Shown: positions 13,978 to 27,039 of the stretch, in pieces
Numbering within the stretch: the first letter of the stretch is position 1
How the letters are laid out: every line of letters begins with the position of its first letter
Assembly (NCBI GenBank): GCA_951406725.2
Contig: OX597823.1
Location: forward strand, 77,996,001-78,060,000
Direction of reading: 5' to 3'
DNA: 64,000 bases
Source: Octopus vulgaris
Taxonomy: Eukaryota
Notes under the pieces: model-generated
What the model saw: the letters and a program-made list of their open reading frames with translations, nothing else
Databases searched by the model: none
What the model was told of the DNA's origin: nothing
Position numbers and translations under genes: made by a program

Positions 13978-14695
13978 TATTGCACGTACAACTATTACAA
14001 GCACTTGTCCCTGCCATTAGCAAAGGTTTTATTACACAACTTCATTTTTGATTAAAAGCAAATAAAATTTCTCCACTCCATAATAATTGGATGCTACGTC
14101 AGTAGACCTTGTCATTTTTTGCCTTCTAAATAGAAACATTTACTTGGCTGTAGGGAAAGTCTTCTTAAAAGTATCTGACAAATAATCAAAATTTCCAATT
14201 AGTAATAATTTAAATTTTCCATGTATTCAACTGCTTCAGAAATATTCTCTATATCACACTGCTTTGAGCTGTCTAATTTCTGGAAAATCATTAAGTGCAT
14301 TTCTATATTCTTTTGGCTGTTTTGGAACTCATAACTCATATTACAAGCATAGGTTAACCACTACTTCACCATTTCATAGAATAGGTTTTTTTTAAAAATC
14401 ATTATCATATCATCATCAAATTATTATCTTCATCATCATTTTAATGTCCACTTTTTAATGCTTGCATGGGTTGGAGAATGTTTATCAGGTAGATTTTCTA
14501 TAGCCAGATACCCTTCTTGTTTTTCCAACCTTTGCCTGTTTCCAAGTAAGGCAATATATCTCCATAGTGACACATGTTTTCACAGAATACTGAAAACGAA
14601 TAACACTGCTTATATGACAGTGACACTTCTTCTCGACTATCCCACACTGTCAAGGCAAAGGCACACAACCATCCATGCTCACACCTACATAAATA

Positions 14696-14740
<45 letters not shown>

Positions 14741-14764
14741 TACTCATTATGTGTGTGTGTGTGT

Positions 14765-15098
14765 GAAGGTGCATGGCTCAGTGGTTAGAGCATAAAGCCT
14801 ATGATTGTGAGGTTGTGAGTTTGATTCCCGGACCGGGCTGCATGTTGTGTTCTTGAGCAAGACACTTTATTTCACATTACTCCAGTTAACTCAGCTGTAG
14901 AAATGAGTTGCGACATCACTGGTGCCAAGTTGTATCGGCCTTTGCCTTTCCCTGGGATAACATCAGTGGTGTGGAGAGGGGAGGCTGGTATGCATGAGCA
15001 ACTGCTAGCCTTCCATGAACAATCTTGCCCTGTCTTGTGCCTGGGAGGATAACTTTCTTAGTGCAATCCCATGATCATTCATGATCGAAGAGGGTCTC
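14765..15098 (+). mobile_element. tRNA-derived SINE (separate family)
   Basis: tggctcagtggttagagc..gagtttgattccc head, then tgtgttcttgagcaagacacttt; inserted in (TG)n. Confidence 0.82.
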
Positions 15099-15099
15099 C

Positions 15100-15142
<43 letters not shown>

Positions 15143-15200
15143 ATGTATATATATATCATCATCATCATCATCATCAACGATGATGATGATGATGATGATG

Positions 15201-15231
<31 letters not shown>

Positions 15232-17242
15232 TATATATATATAAAGTGGGTTTCTATTAGTTACTGTCTGCCAAATCCACTCACAAGACAGTGATCAGCC
15301 TAGGGCTATAGTAAAATACACTTACCTAAGATGCAATACTGTGTGACTGAACCTGAGACTGTGTGATTAGGAGGCAAATATCTTAATGACAAAGTTGCAC
15401 CTGTACTTAATATTTTAATACTTTAATTAATTTCTGTCATAGTAACCTGAGTGTGCTGCGGTTAGTTCTTATTGAAATTTTTATTACTTGTCTGTGTACT
15501 CCTAACTTTAATATTCAAACTCACCTTTGTGATTTTTGGTCTTTTAACAGAAACTTCGTGTAATTTACATTATTACAATATGCATGTCATTCAATTTTTA
15601 GCCAGTTTGATTTTCAGATTTGTTTCCCTTTGTCTTTCTTGGTCGGAATTATCCTTTGTGCTCTTTACTGTTCTCTTTGTTATGAACATAATTTCCGTTA
15701 AGCGAACATTATATTTCGGGGTGCTCATTACATTATGTTACAGCCAACATTGCTCTATATTCTATTTTGAATTTTGCTTTAATGTTGTTTTTGATCATCC
15801 AGCATATAAGAGTGATCACATATTCCAGTCACCACATTTTAGTCTTGTCTTTGTTGGCATTGTATTGTGCTGTTTCCTTTTAGCTTGTAATAGTATTAAC
15901 ATTCTTGTGGTTTTAGCCACTAGCTATCATATATGGAATATTTGACAGTCTGATGCTGATGTTTTGACTGAGTTAAATTCCAGAAACTTTATGGCTTCAA
16001 CACTGGTTGTTGTGAGAATTTCTTTTCTTAGTCTTTTTATACATGTGTCTATGTGTTTAGGCATGCACCTTCTGTGTGTATGCACTGAAATTATATTTAA
16101 GATATTAAAGAAATTTTCGTATTTGTATTGTTTTCTTTGCTCTTGTACATTTATGTTTGTTTACATTACATTCGGATGTGTATATTTATATACCCTACCC
16201 GCCATTTTCCCATGTATGTTTATGAATATTTATGTTACTTATGAACAAACAGGCATATGCCAATTTTGATATCCTTTGTATTAAAATAAATTTTCTGTTT
16301 TGTTTGATAGTTCTTCTTCAAAGCATTCAATCCCCACCAGTTATTAAATCATATATTGCAATAAAGAATTTAACCACGACAGCAATAGTTCCACTCTTTA
16401 CTCGCAGATTACCTTTCTGAAAACAAACATTAAAAAAGCATAAAAGAAAAAAAAATATGCTGATTCTACAGAATCCTCATAAGAAATAATGAAAAATTGA
16501 AATATTAACATACAAAGAAACCAAAAAAAAAAGAAAAAAAAAATCATATTTTTACAAATTGTAGGAATAAAACTAAAAGAAGGAACTTGCAAACAATACA
16601 CTATAAAGTAATCAGAGTTGATTGAATAAAATACAATAACATTTTGGAAATTCAGTATTTATATTTCTTTCTTTATATCAAATAAGTACCACAAACATTT
16701 GTCATATTTGAAGGACAGAAACAGATGACTTTTGTCTATTTGTTTAAATTTTTCTTTATTTAACATTTTTATTTAGAGAAAGATGGAAACAAAAACAAGA
16801 GGTGAATGAGAAAGAAAACTTACGGTTATGGTTTATTTTAGAAGTTTCACTTAAAATATTACTTCAAGTTTGTGATAATATAGTTTAGAGTAAATTTTTT
16901 CCTGCATTTCACTCAACACAAATAAAATCTACCCACTTCTATTCTATAAACTTGCAAAGTAACTAAATTTAAATTAGTAACTATTTATTTCTGTGAGCAC
17001 TTGCGCAATCAATACTTGAATACTTTTATTTTTATTTAGTATGCATTGTAATTTGTGAGAACAATAGCATCATTGGTTACATGTTTCTATCAGGCCAATC
17101 ATTATTTGACAGCATTTCTGATGGCCTGATTGACTATAAACATCTGCAACTTGGGACATCATTCAAAGAGGACTGGACTTCAATTTAGGATAGACATATA
17201 TATTGATTACATACATACATACATCTCTTTCTCTCTTTTTCT

Positions 17243-17614
17243 CTCTTTTAATTGTTTCAGTCATTTGACTGCAGCCTTACTGGAGCACTGCCTTTAGTCG
17301 AGTAAATCGACCCCGGGACTTATTCTGTCGGTCTCTTTTGCTGAACTACTAAGTGACGGGGACATAAACACACTAGCATCAGTTGTCAAGCAATGCTAGG
17401 AGGACAAACACAGACACACAAACATACGCACACACACACTTATATATACATATATATGACAGACTTCTTTGAGTTTCTGCCTACTAAATCCACTCACAAG
17501 GCTCTGGTCGGCCCGAGGCTGTAGTAGAAGACACTTGCCCAAGATGCTATTCAGTGGGAATGAACCCGGAACCATGTGGTTGGTAAGCAAGCTACTTACC
17601 ACAAAGCCACTCCT
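17243..17614 (-). mobile_element. SINE family A
   Basis: High similarity to 13440-13892. Confidence 0.9.
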
Positions 17615-17888
17615 ACATACATATGTGTATATATATATATATATATACAAGATAAGAAAATGGAGAAATACATCTAAATCAAATATCAATTACCAGATAA
17701 TACTCAATCACATACTTTATTAAACCACTACATAAGAGACTGTAGGGTTAAATATAAAAGCAGAACAAAACAGTGTACATAAAGGAATGTACATAAAAAA
17801 GTCTACATAAAAGAGTAATGTTGTATAAGTGGAATATATATAAAAGAGAATATAAATATAAGTAAATATAAATATAAGTATAGATTAT

Positions 17889-18017
17889 ATCTTACAGTTG
17901 TTTCGGCCATGTAGATAGGTATGTCTCATTTTACCAATATTAGCCCTTTATGGTTGGTCAATATATAGATATAAATGAGACATTTACAAAAAAATATCAT
18001 AAGGCCTCTTCGGAGAT
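17889..18017 (-). ncRNA. Type I hammerhead-ribozyme-like motif with extended stem II (Penelope-like repeat)
   Basis: Minus strand AUCU-CCGAAGA-GGCC..(~100 nt)..GGCC-GAAAC-AACU-GUA-AGAU; one core deviation (CCGA instead of CUGA). Confidence 0.55.
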
Positions 18018-18599
18018 TATGTAATAAAATCAGTCTACATATATACCCACATGGGTGTGGGTGCATACCCATAATACAACATATACATATACATATGAGT
18101 GCATATACTCACACTCTTATACATATAAAAATATAAATATACATAATGATATAAATAAATAATATAAATTAGTAAACATATATATATGTGTTCCACATTC
18201 AATGTTTCAGTTTTTCGACATAATATTGTGATAATAAACATACACAAATTAGTACCTAGATGCAAATATACATAGTCAATTGTACATTATATTACCTCAT
18301 AATAATTTCTAAAGTGTCATTAAAGTTAGCATCATTATCGTTGTCAATACCATTAATGTTATCATTATTATCATTCATAATATTATTAATAACGCTGACA
18401 TTGGGATCCAGAGCGGTATATATGTATATCCGGGTTATAAAATCCTTGCTGCATATCAGTTCAAAGGCCATGATGGTTTACTGCTAGTGTTATCAACTTT
18501 TCTACAGCCATTCTTTTGTGATTGCCATTTGGTGAAGGTAGAGTTTGATATTACAGCCTTCTTTTGAGTTTCTTGCTGGGCTAGCTAGGACCTTTGGAA

Positions 18600-18817
18600 C
18601 AGTGCAGTGACATCTATTTTAGGAGCTGATATAGCTCTTGATGTCAAAGTTTGGTGCCAACCCCACCAAGATCTTCCATACATATATCGGTGCATATCTT
18701 TCCCATCTTCACTCACTTGAGTGAAGATGCTCTTTCAGTCTCTCTGCTGTTTCATTGATGCTATCTTCTTAGTGTAGCACTGCTGGACTGCTTCAAGTTC
18801 CACTATTAATTTGCCAC

Positions 18818-18820
<3 letters not shown>
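18600..18820 (-). mobile_element. LINE ORF2 C-terminal remnant (CR1/L2-type)
   Basis: Minus translation ELEAVQQCYTKKIASM..RLKE..WERYAPIYVWKILVGLAPNF resembles the LE.VQRR.TK..RL..L.SLE.RR.R...I..WKI region. Confidence 0.7.
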
Positions 18821-18860
<40 letters not shown>

Positions 18861-18863
<3 letters not shown>

Positions 18864-19128
18864 CTAATTTCGCTCTTACGTCTCACGTTTGATCTTTGAC
18901 TTCTGGCCGAAATCAGATCGCCATGTTGATTCGCTAGCCTCTGCACGCATATTTTTTCTCTCCTTGTTTCTTTCTGTGTTTCTTTTCTGTGTATCTTTCT
19001 GTTGAAGAGCGTAGGCTCGAAACATAAAAGACTTGTTTTATTTATATTCCTGAGCACCATACTAATACAATTGTTTGTTTGTATTCCACCTGCCTTCGTC
19101 TTTTGTCTATTTTCATAAAGCTTCCCGT
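18861..19128 (+). mobile_element. Penelope-like/retrozyme-like module in (TA)n with minimal hammerhead-like motif at 18994-19031
   Basis: UCUUU-CUGUUGA-A-GAGC-GUAG-GCUC-GAAAC-AUA-AAAGA; (TA)n on both sides. Confidence 0.6.
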
Positions 19129-19192
19129 TATATATATATATATATATATATATAGATTGATAGATAGATAGATATAGATATAAGATATGTAC

Positions 19193-19235
<43 letters not shown>

Positions 19236-19339
19236 CAAGATATGTGCACGCACACACACACACACACTTATAGATATAGATATAAGACATGCACACATAT
19301 GCACATGCATACACACAAGTGTGCACACACATTCCTAAG

Positions 19340-19837
19340 TGCAGGCATGACTATGGTAAAGAAGCTCGCATAGTTGCAGATTCAATTCCACTGCATAACA
19401 CCTTGGACAAGTCTTCTACTACAAGCCTGGGCAAATCACTGCCTTGTGAGTGAATTTGGTAGATGGAAACTGTGTGGAAACCTCTATGTGTGTAGGTGTC
19501 CATTTCCTTTAACCTAGCAGTTTAGCAAAATAGACTGATACAATAAAATAGACTGATACTTTAAAATATGTACTGGAGTTGATTTGTTTGACTAAAAACC
19601 ATCAAGCTCGTGCCCCAGCATGGCCACAGTCCAATGACTGAAACAAGTCAAAGGTGGTATGTATGTGTGTAGGCACAGCCATGGCTGTGTGGTAAGAAGT
19701 TTGTTTCCCAACAACATCACTCTGGTTTGGGTTCCATCCCACTATGTGGAATCTTCAGCATGTGTCTTCTGTTATAGCCTTGGGCTGACCAAAGCCTTGT
19801 CAGTTGATTTTGGAGACAGAAACTGAAAGAAGCCCAT

Positions 19838-19890
<53 letters not shown>

Positions 19891-20075
19891 GTGTGTGTAT
19901 GTGTTTGTGTCTGTCATCCACCACTGCTTGACAACAGTGTTGATGTGTTTAAGTCCTTGTAATCTAGTAATTCTGCAAAAGAGACCAGGCTTTAAAAAAG
20001 TCCTAGGGCTTATTTGTTTGACTAAAACCCTTCAAGGCCACGATCAAATGACTGAAACAAGTAAAATGATAAAAG
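19340..20075 (+). mobile_element. Two tandem SINE family A copies
   Basis: Heads near 19340 and 19680; tails atgactgaaacaagt. Confidence 0.8.
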
Positions 20076-20092
20076 GTATATACATTTATATA

Positions 20093-20310
20093 CAATGGGG
20101 TGCTGAAAAGCTCTTGGCTTTAAGGGTATCACAAAAGGCCTGACTGTAGGCCCAACCTTTCAAGTTCTTTTATGGGTTTAGAAAAACTGAAGGACCGCTG
20201 CAATAAGTGTGTGAATCTGAGAGGGGGAACATGTCAAATAAAATCATAATTAACTGATCCTCCAGTTTTTTTCTTTTACTCAAAGCCTGAAACATTTCAA
20301 CACCCCATCG
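20093..20310 (+). mobile_element. mariner-derived MITE
   Basis: TIRs caatggggtgctgaaaagctcttggcttt / aaagcctgaaacatttcaacaccccatcg; internal CNKCVNLRGEHVK* resembles a mariner transposase C-terminus. Confidence 0.75.
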
Positions 20311-21250
20311 CGTTTGTGTGTGTGTGTGTGTGAGTGTGTGTGTATATACATATATATATATATATACACACATACATACATGCATACATACATGCATACA
20401 TATATATATATATATTTATATATACATACATACCTATATAACTGAACACAGGCTTCCACACACAGTCTCTGTCTACCAAATTACACTCACAGACATATTG
20501 GTCAGCCTGAGGCTACGATAGAAATCACTTCTTAATCACACAGCCATGTCTGTACCTACTTAAGTGCCATGCCAATTAACTCGTCCTGGCTAATTGACTG
20601 ATATTTTGGTTAATTTAATCAATGTAGTTGTAACCATTTTTGAACAACATTATCATTGGTGGATTTTGTTAGTGGTTGGGTTGAGGATATTATGTCATCT
20701 GATTATGTAATTTAATTTCCCCCTCGTAATTATACCATATTGTCTAGAATTATTAGTGCAGTATGTATCAAGTTTATGTGTTTATAACTTTGTATAATCT
20801 ATTTTAATTGAAGCAACGTTTTACAACGTTGTTGGTAACTTAGTTGTGACTGAGGTAAAAGAAAACAAAATATTACTAGCATTTTTTTTTTTCAGAAAAT
20901 CCTCACGAAAAATATATTTTTGTTTGTCAAAATAGTTAATTGTTAGTGCATGGAGTTAATATTTGGCTTGTTGTGTTTGTCTAAATATTTCCTCTTTCAT
21001 CATCATCATCATCATCACCTTTGTTGCTGTCTTCATCATCATCATTGTCGTTGTTGTTGTCACCGTTTAACATCTGTTTTCCATGCTGTCATGGGTTGGA
21101 CAGTTTGGCAGATGCTGGTAAGTCAGAGAGAGCTATGTTTAGCCCCTTGTGTGCAATAAAGAAATAAGAGAGAGCTACCCCAGGCTTCAATATATTTTAT
21201 CTTTTACTTGTTTCTGTCATTAGACAGTGGCCATGCTGGAGCACCAGCTA

Positions 21251-21519
21251 TTTTGGCATGGTTTCTATGGCATCCGTGTCGGTGACATGTAAAAGCACCA
21301 ACAGATTGTGGCCATTTGCCAGCCTCCTCTGGTCCCTGTGCCGGTGTCACATAAAAAACACCCACCACACTCACGGAGTGGTTGGTGTTAGGAAGGGCAT
21401 CCAGCTGTAGAAACACTGCCAGATCAGACTGGAGCCTGGTGCACTCTCCTGGCTTCCCAGACCCCGGTCGACCTGTCCAACCCATGCTAGCATGGAAAAC
21501 GGACGTTAAACGATGATGA

Positions 21520-21521
<2 letters not shown>
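21251..21521 (+). mobile_element. Retroposon family C copy
   Basis: gttggtgttaggaagggcatccagctgtagaaac..cccatgctagcatggaaaacggacgttaaacgatgatgat. Confidence 0.88.
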
Positions 21522-21577
<56 letters not shown>

Positions 21578-24500
21578 TCATATTTTCTACTTCCTATTTC
21601 TTTTTAAACAAACATTGACAATCATTGAGTCTTGAGAATGTCAAATCTGTGAAATCACAGGTGATAATTTAAAAAGATAATTTTTAAAATGTCAATAATT
21701 CTAGGTAGTTTTTGTCATCCATCATATGACATGCATAAAATATTTTATAATGATTTTGCTAATTTGATTTAAGGCATAAAGTGGAAAAAAAAAAAGAAAG
21801 GTGGTGAGCTCATACTCATGGGAGATTTTTAACGTTGGTCTATTTCAGGTTGATAGCATAGAATCTGAGGGTGACTACTTTATAACACAAATGGGCTATA
21901 ATTCATGTCCCAAAGCAACATTGTCAACCTGATTCTCTGATAAAAATGCCAACATAATTGACCACTTATTTTACAGAGATTCTTCCTCTACCATTTCCTC
22001 TACTTCAGGAATTTTGTTGAAACATTTCTCTCATCACTTGCTTTATTTTTATTGAACTGATATAATGTTGTTCAGTCTTGTATCTCATCAATAGCAAGTC
22101 ACTTCCTAGACTTGTCCTTCAATCATATTTTAGCCTCTCAACACCCAATATAAACCACCATCCCCTTACAAATACTCCCCACGACTTTGTCAAGGATGCT
22201 TCTTCCATTTTCCGTTTTCCTATTCTTTCTTGTCTTGCAAGTTACTCAGTCACTTCCCTAATGCCAGTGGCATAAAAAAGAAAAAAGCACCCAGAATATG
22301 CTGTACAGTCGTTGGCATTAGAAAGGGCATCCAACTATAAAAGCTATGCCAAAGCTGATGCTGGAGGTTTTTGTGGCCCATTGACTTGCCAGATCTTGAT
22401 TCTGAGAAATTATTGTCTAACTTATCCCAACATGGAAAGCATGTTAAATAATGATGATGATGATGATGATGATTATGATGATACCTAATTGTATTAAAAT
22501 TAAGGCATATCAATATGTTAAATTAGATATTGACTATTTAGAACCTGAGTAAAAAGGAAAAGCTATAAAGCAACTGTAGGATAGTGGTGATGCTCTCAAA
22601 TTAGTGAATTAATGTTGATGCCACTGTAATTATCGCATGTCTTCTTTCAGCTTTCACAGATGAAAAAAATTACCTAACATCATCAAACATTGTTAAATGG
22701 TTTAATAATTATAAACATTGATAAGAACTTTGGATGGTGACTGGAATTTTAGTTTCAGTGAAAAATAGAGATAACATGTCTAGAGAACAGCTGAAGATTG
22801 CAAATCCAGAGAAAAGAATTGACAAAAAAAATATACTTCTTTTTTGTAAAACAAATATTCACTTTCACAAACGAGCTTAGAAAATTTACATGAAATGGTT
22901 AACTCAGTCGTTAACTCTAGACATTATGAAAATCATATTTTAAAAAATAAATAAGACTTTATCAATCCAGCTTTCAATAAAAAAAAAAAAAAACAGAATG
23001 AAATTCATTTCTTGATTATTTTATTGATGTCGAAGGTAGAAAAACTGGAGATCTGAAGTGACTTGCAAAACATACTAAGATATTTTTCTAGTATAGAAGA
23101 CACTCAATTTTCCCAGAATGGATACAGTGATAATACAACAATAATAGTCTTCTACTACAACATTAACTTTTAAGCCCATTTTTGTTGAGGAAACTAAAAA
23201 AAATATTAATGATTTGAAAACAAAGTAAAGTTCTAGTTATGATGTCTTCTTTACTTGTCTCCTGCAGTTCTTGAAGGCTACATTAGATGAATCCCTTTGT
23301 TTGCAAATTAATCAATCGATTCAAAGTTTTGTATCTTCTGACCCATTAAAATTATTCCTATTTTAAAGGAAAACAGAAAGTAGTTTTTGAATTGTTAACC
23401 AGTTTCTTTATTTTCTAGCATACCTAAAGTATTTGGAAAAGATAATTTTCTTCTACTATATTTTTTTATTGATGAAAATTACCTAGTTTAAAAAAAATAA
23501 ACAGCTTGGTTTTTGCAGAAATAATTCCACAGAGAATGCAGCCCTTGAGCTGAGAGAACAAATTGAAGGCTATTTAAGACAATAAGACAAATAAATATAA
23601 CAACTTGATTGGCAATTATCTTTTTAAGCTTGTGGCATTGGAGACAACCATCATTACTTGTCCCTTCAACTTTGACCTTCATATCTGAACTTGAGGCTAA
23701 AATAACCTAGGCAACAGGAGAAATAGAGGAGATTAATTGGTTCCATGAGAATCACTGTTGCCATAATGAGGGATAACTCCCCCATCATAATATCCTGCAC
23801 TACTGGCTCGTTACAGTAATGATTTCTCTTTATAGATTTTGTAATGGTTTTCGAAAATGAAAGCTTAAATTATAATTTTGTTTTCTTTTCGGTTTATAAT
23901 ATTTGGATTTCAACACTACAAAAAGAAAAAAGAAAAAGTGATTAATATCTCAGATAACTAAGAAGAAACACCCATTGGATTATCCCTGGGCCTTTCAAAA
24001 GCTTTCAGCACTTCGGATCACAATATTCAACTCTATAAATTACATAATTAAGAAATTAAAAATCGAATACACCCAGTTCCACAGATACCTCATTAATCGA
24101 TATTGATTTGTTGTAGTATCCCCAAGGTTCCATTTTAGAACCCCTATTATTTATTATCTATATGAACAACATATCCATGGCCCTAAAATTACTAGATTTC
24201 ATTTTATATCTGGCTGGCACATCACTAATTCCCTTTTCTACACTTAGTCTTGAACACAGTAAATATGAACAGTATAAACAACAAGCTTTTAGATGTAGGC
24301 ATCACTGTGTGGTAAGAAGTTTGCTTTCCAACTACGTGGTTCTAGGTTCAATCTTACTGCATGGCACCTTGGGCAAGTATCTTCTGTGGGGGAGAAGATG
24401 GGATGTGGGAGAGTTTGATAGAGAACAGAATTATTGAGAGGAAGCATGGCTGTAAAGAACATGCCTGTGTATGTGGATGGTCACAATTTTACTTAACTTG

Positions 24501-24643
24501 ACATGTTTTCTCAAGCACAGAAAATCACCAGAAGTCTGACCAAAACTTTGTGAGGGGATTGGACTGATGGAAAACTGAAAACCTGTCGTGTGTGTGTGTG
24601 TGTGTTGCTGTCTTCTACCTTGACATCATATGATAGTTTAAAT

Positions 24644-24760
24644 CAGTGTTTCTCAGCTATGGTCCATATAGCCCCCAAGAGTCCATATAAGATTGGAGTA
24701 GGGTTAATCTAAAATAGTAATCAAAGGAGTCCATAGATATATAATGGTTGAGAAACCCTG
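24644..24760. mobile_element. hAT-type MITE with perfect 8-bp TSD
   Basis: TIRs cagtgtttctcagc / gttgagaaaccctg; gtttaaat at 24636-24643 and 24761-24768. Confidence 0.88.
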
Positions 24761-25578
24761 GTTTAAATTGATGTTACTGTTACACTAGCAGTGTCCTCTC
24801 TTCATCTTCCATGCAAACATGTCTGGTCAAGGGGAAATATTACCTTACCTGGAGACAGGAGAGGATTGGCAACAAGAATAACAAGAAGAGCATCTGGCCA
24901 AAAAAAATCCACCACAGCAAAATTCCATCTGACCAATGCAAAGATAACTGGACATTAGAACGATGACGATTATCTAACGGAAAATAACATCTCAACCTCT
25001 CAAAAAATAAAACTGAATAAATGCATAGTTTTTTTTTCATTGTTATCAGAAACATATTACTTTGGACATTGCAACCTGAATTTAACTGTAGCAGAATAGA
25101 ATAATCTGATCATTTCAAATTTCTAGAAACCCTCATTGATAAGAATTTAATGGAATCTGCATAGCGAGCGAATGTAGAGGTGAATATTCAGTGCTATTGG
25201 TATCTTATCTCATACAAATATTTTTTTTATTCCTAAAAACATGCTACTTAACATATATCAGACTCTTATTGTTATCTAAAATATAGTGTTATTTTGTGTG
25301 TGTATGTGTAGGTTTGCATTGGAGTAGGTAGTTATCATTCTAGTAAAGTGGCAAACTTACAAAGAAGTGTCATGAGACTAGTTTTAAATTGAAAATATAT
25401 AAAAAAAAAATGCAATACTGGACATACTGATTTTCTCTGTAGTAATATTTAAGTTTTAAAATTTTCAGACTTGTCTATATTGGCACAGATCATATTTTTC
25501 AATAATTTTCATCTTCACTCTTTCTTCCTAAATGTCTGTTGGCTTTAGAGTTTTTTAAACAACTCTGACAGAACCAAA

Positions 25579-26020
25579 TCATCATCATCATCATCGTTTA
25601 ACGTCCGCTTTCCATGGGTTGGACGATTTAACTGAGGACTGGCGAACCAGAAGGCTGCACCAGGCTCCAATCTGATCTGACAGAGTTTCTACAGCTGGAT
25701 GCTCTTCCTAACCTCAGCCACTCCGAGAGTGTAGTGGGTGCTTTTACGTGCCACTAGCATGAGGGCCAGTCAGGCGGTACTGACAACAGCCATGCTCAAG
25801 TGGTGTTTTTTACATGCCACCTGCACAGGAGCCATTCCAGTGGCACTGGCAACGACCTCACTCAAATGTTTTTCACATGCCACCGGCACAAGTGCCAGTA
25901 AAGCAACGCTGGTAATGATCACGTTTGAATGGTGCCTTTTACGTACCACCGGCATGGAAGCCAGTCAGCTGCTCTGACAGGGATCACACTCGGCCGGTGC
26001 TCTTAGCACTCCACTGACAT
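25579..26020 (-). mobile_element. Retroposon family C copy
   Basis: Collinear with 6283-6750. Confidence 0.88.
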
Positions 26021-26094
26021 GGGTGTTTATATAAAACATGGATATTTCAAGTTTTCAGACGCGTGTATACTCAAACAAAGCAAATTTTATAATA

Positions 26095-26348
26095 CAAGGT
26101 GGTATCAAAGAGTTCCCAGACTAATTATGTTTGACAAAAAGTAACTTTTTTACCTAAGTTTCAGTATCATCTCCTTTGAAATAGTTACCTTGTGCAGCAG
26201 TACACTGGTCTCAGAGTTCCTGCCATTTTGGGATCTGGCTTGGAAGTTGTTTCCTGTGAGTTGCTAGCTCTCATTGTGCCCACTACCGTGTGCTGCCATC
26301 TGTTGGTGCACTACAGAACTAGTCCAGAAACTTTTTGATACCATCTCA
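26095..26348 (-). mobile_element. mariner-derived MITE, TA TSD
   Basis: TIRs caaggtggtatcaaagagttcccagacta / tagtccagaaactttttgataccatctca; minus-strand WQEL*DQCTAAQGNYFKGD resembles a mariner C-terminus. Confidence 0.78.
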
Positions 26349-27039
26349 TATTCTTCTTCTTCTTCTTTGCATTCTACCTAAATGTCTATTGACTTCAGGG
26401 TCATGAAACAACTTTTGCAAAACCAAACATCCATGTTTATGTAAAGCAATTTTCACAAGACTCTTGTCCACTCACAACTCCTTCAAAAAAATTATTTCAA
26501 ATAAGATCAAGTTCATTAAAAAGGACATTTCTTATATGCTTCAATAAATTTATAAATTATGTAAAAAAAAATCCACCACCAATATAACACAGTAAATGTA
26601 ATTCACTTCAAAACAGAAACTACGTAGTTCTATGCATCCGTTCAATCATATAATACTCATTATTCTGTGTGTTAAGCACTTTATACAAGTACTGCATTCA
26701 CAAACATTGTAACACCTGTCTCTATATAAATTACTACTTTTGAAATCAGTGTTGTTTCTGATTTATTGTCATCATTGTTTTTCACAACTGCCATTGTCAT
26801 CATCACCATCATCATCATTTTGTTGTTCCAAGTAAAAGAACCAAAAAGGGTCATGGCCCCACCACTATAATTTTATCATTTTATTCTCTGCTCTGTCTAC
26901 TTACATATTGTAATGTGCTGTAAGTTTATAGTCAAAATAAGCAATTCAATTTTGCAGCTTGTTCAGGGAATATTCTGTTCTTGAAGTTTCTGTTCAAAGC
27001 ACATGTTGTGTTTTGTCATTTGTCATAGGAATTAAAATG

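Larger units (their letters stand above)
21800..26700 (+). mobile_element. Ancient fragmented LINE ORF2 (APE + RT; CR1/L2/Crack-like) with nested younger insertions
   Basis: Collinear decayed motifs: ILMGDF/NV and IIDHLF (21810-21975); IIPI..PVSL..IPKVF and QLGFCRNNSTE (23350-23560); LSKAF..DHNI, IPQGSILEPLLFIIYMNNI..LYLAGT (decayed YADDT, 23990-24230); FKFL..IDKNL and LQRSVMR (25110-25390). Confidence 0.75.

Noticed and set aside
14770-14845. tRNA-like sequences here and at about 4030-4098 and 11445-11520
   Set aside because: SINE heads continuing into repeat bodies; no intact cloverleaf.
15472-16420. Long hydrophobic ORFs resembling membrane proteins
   Set aside because: Explained by T-rich strand bias; no family motif or clear splice structure.
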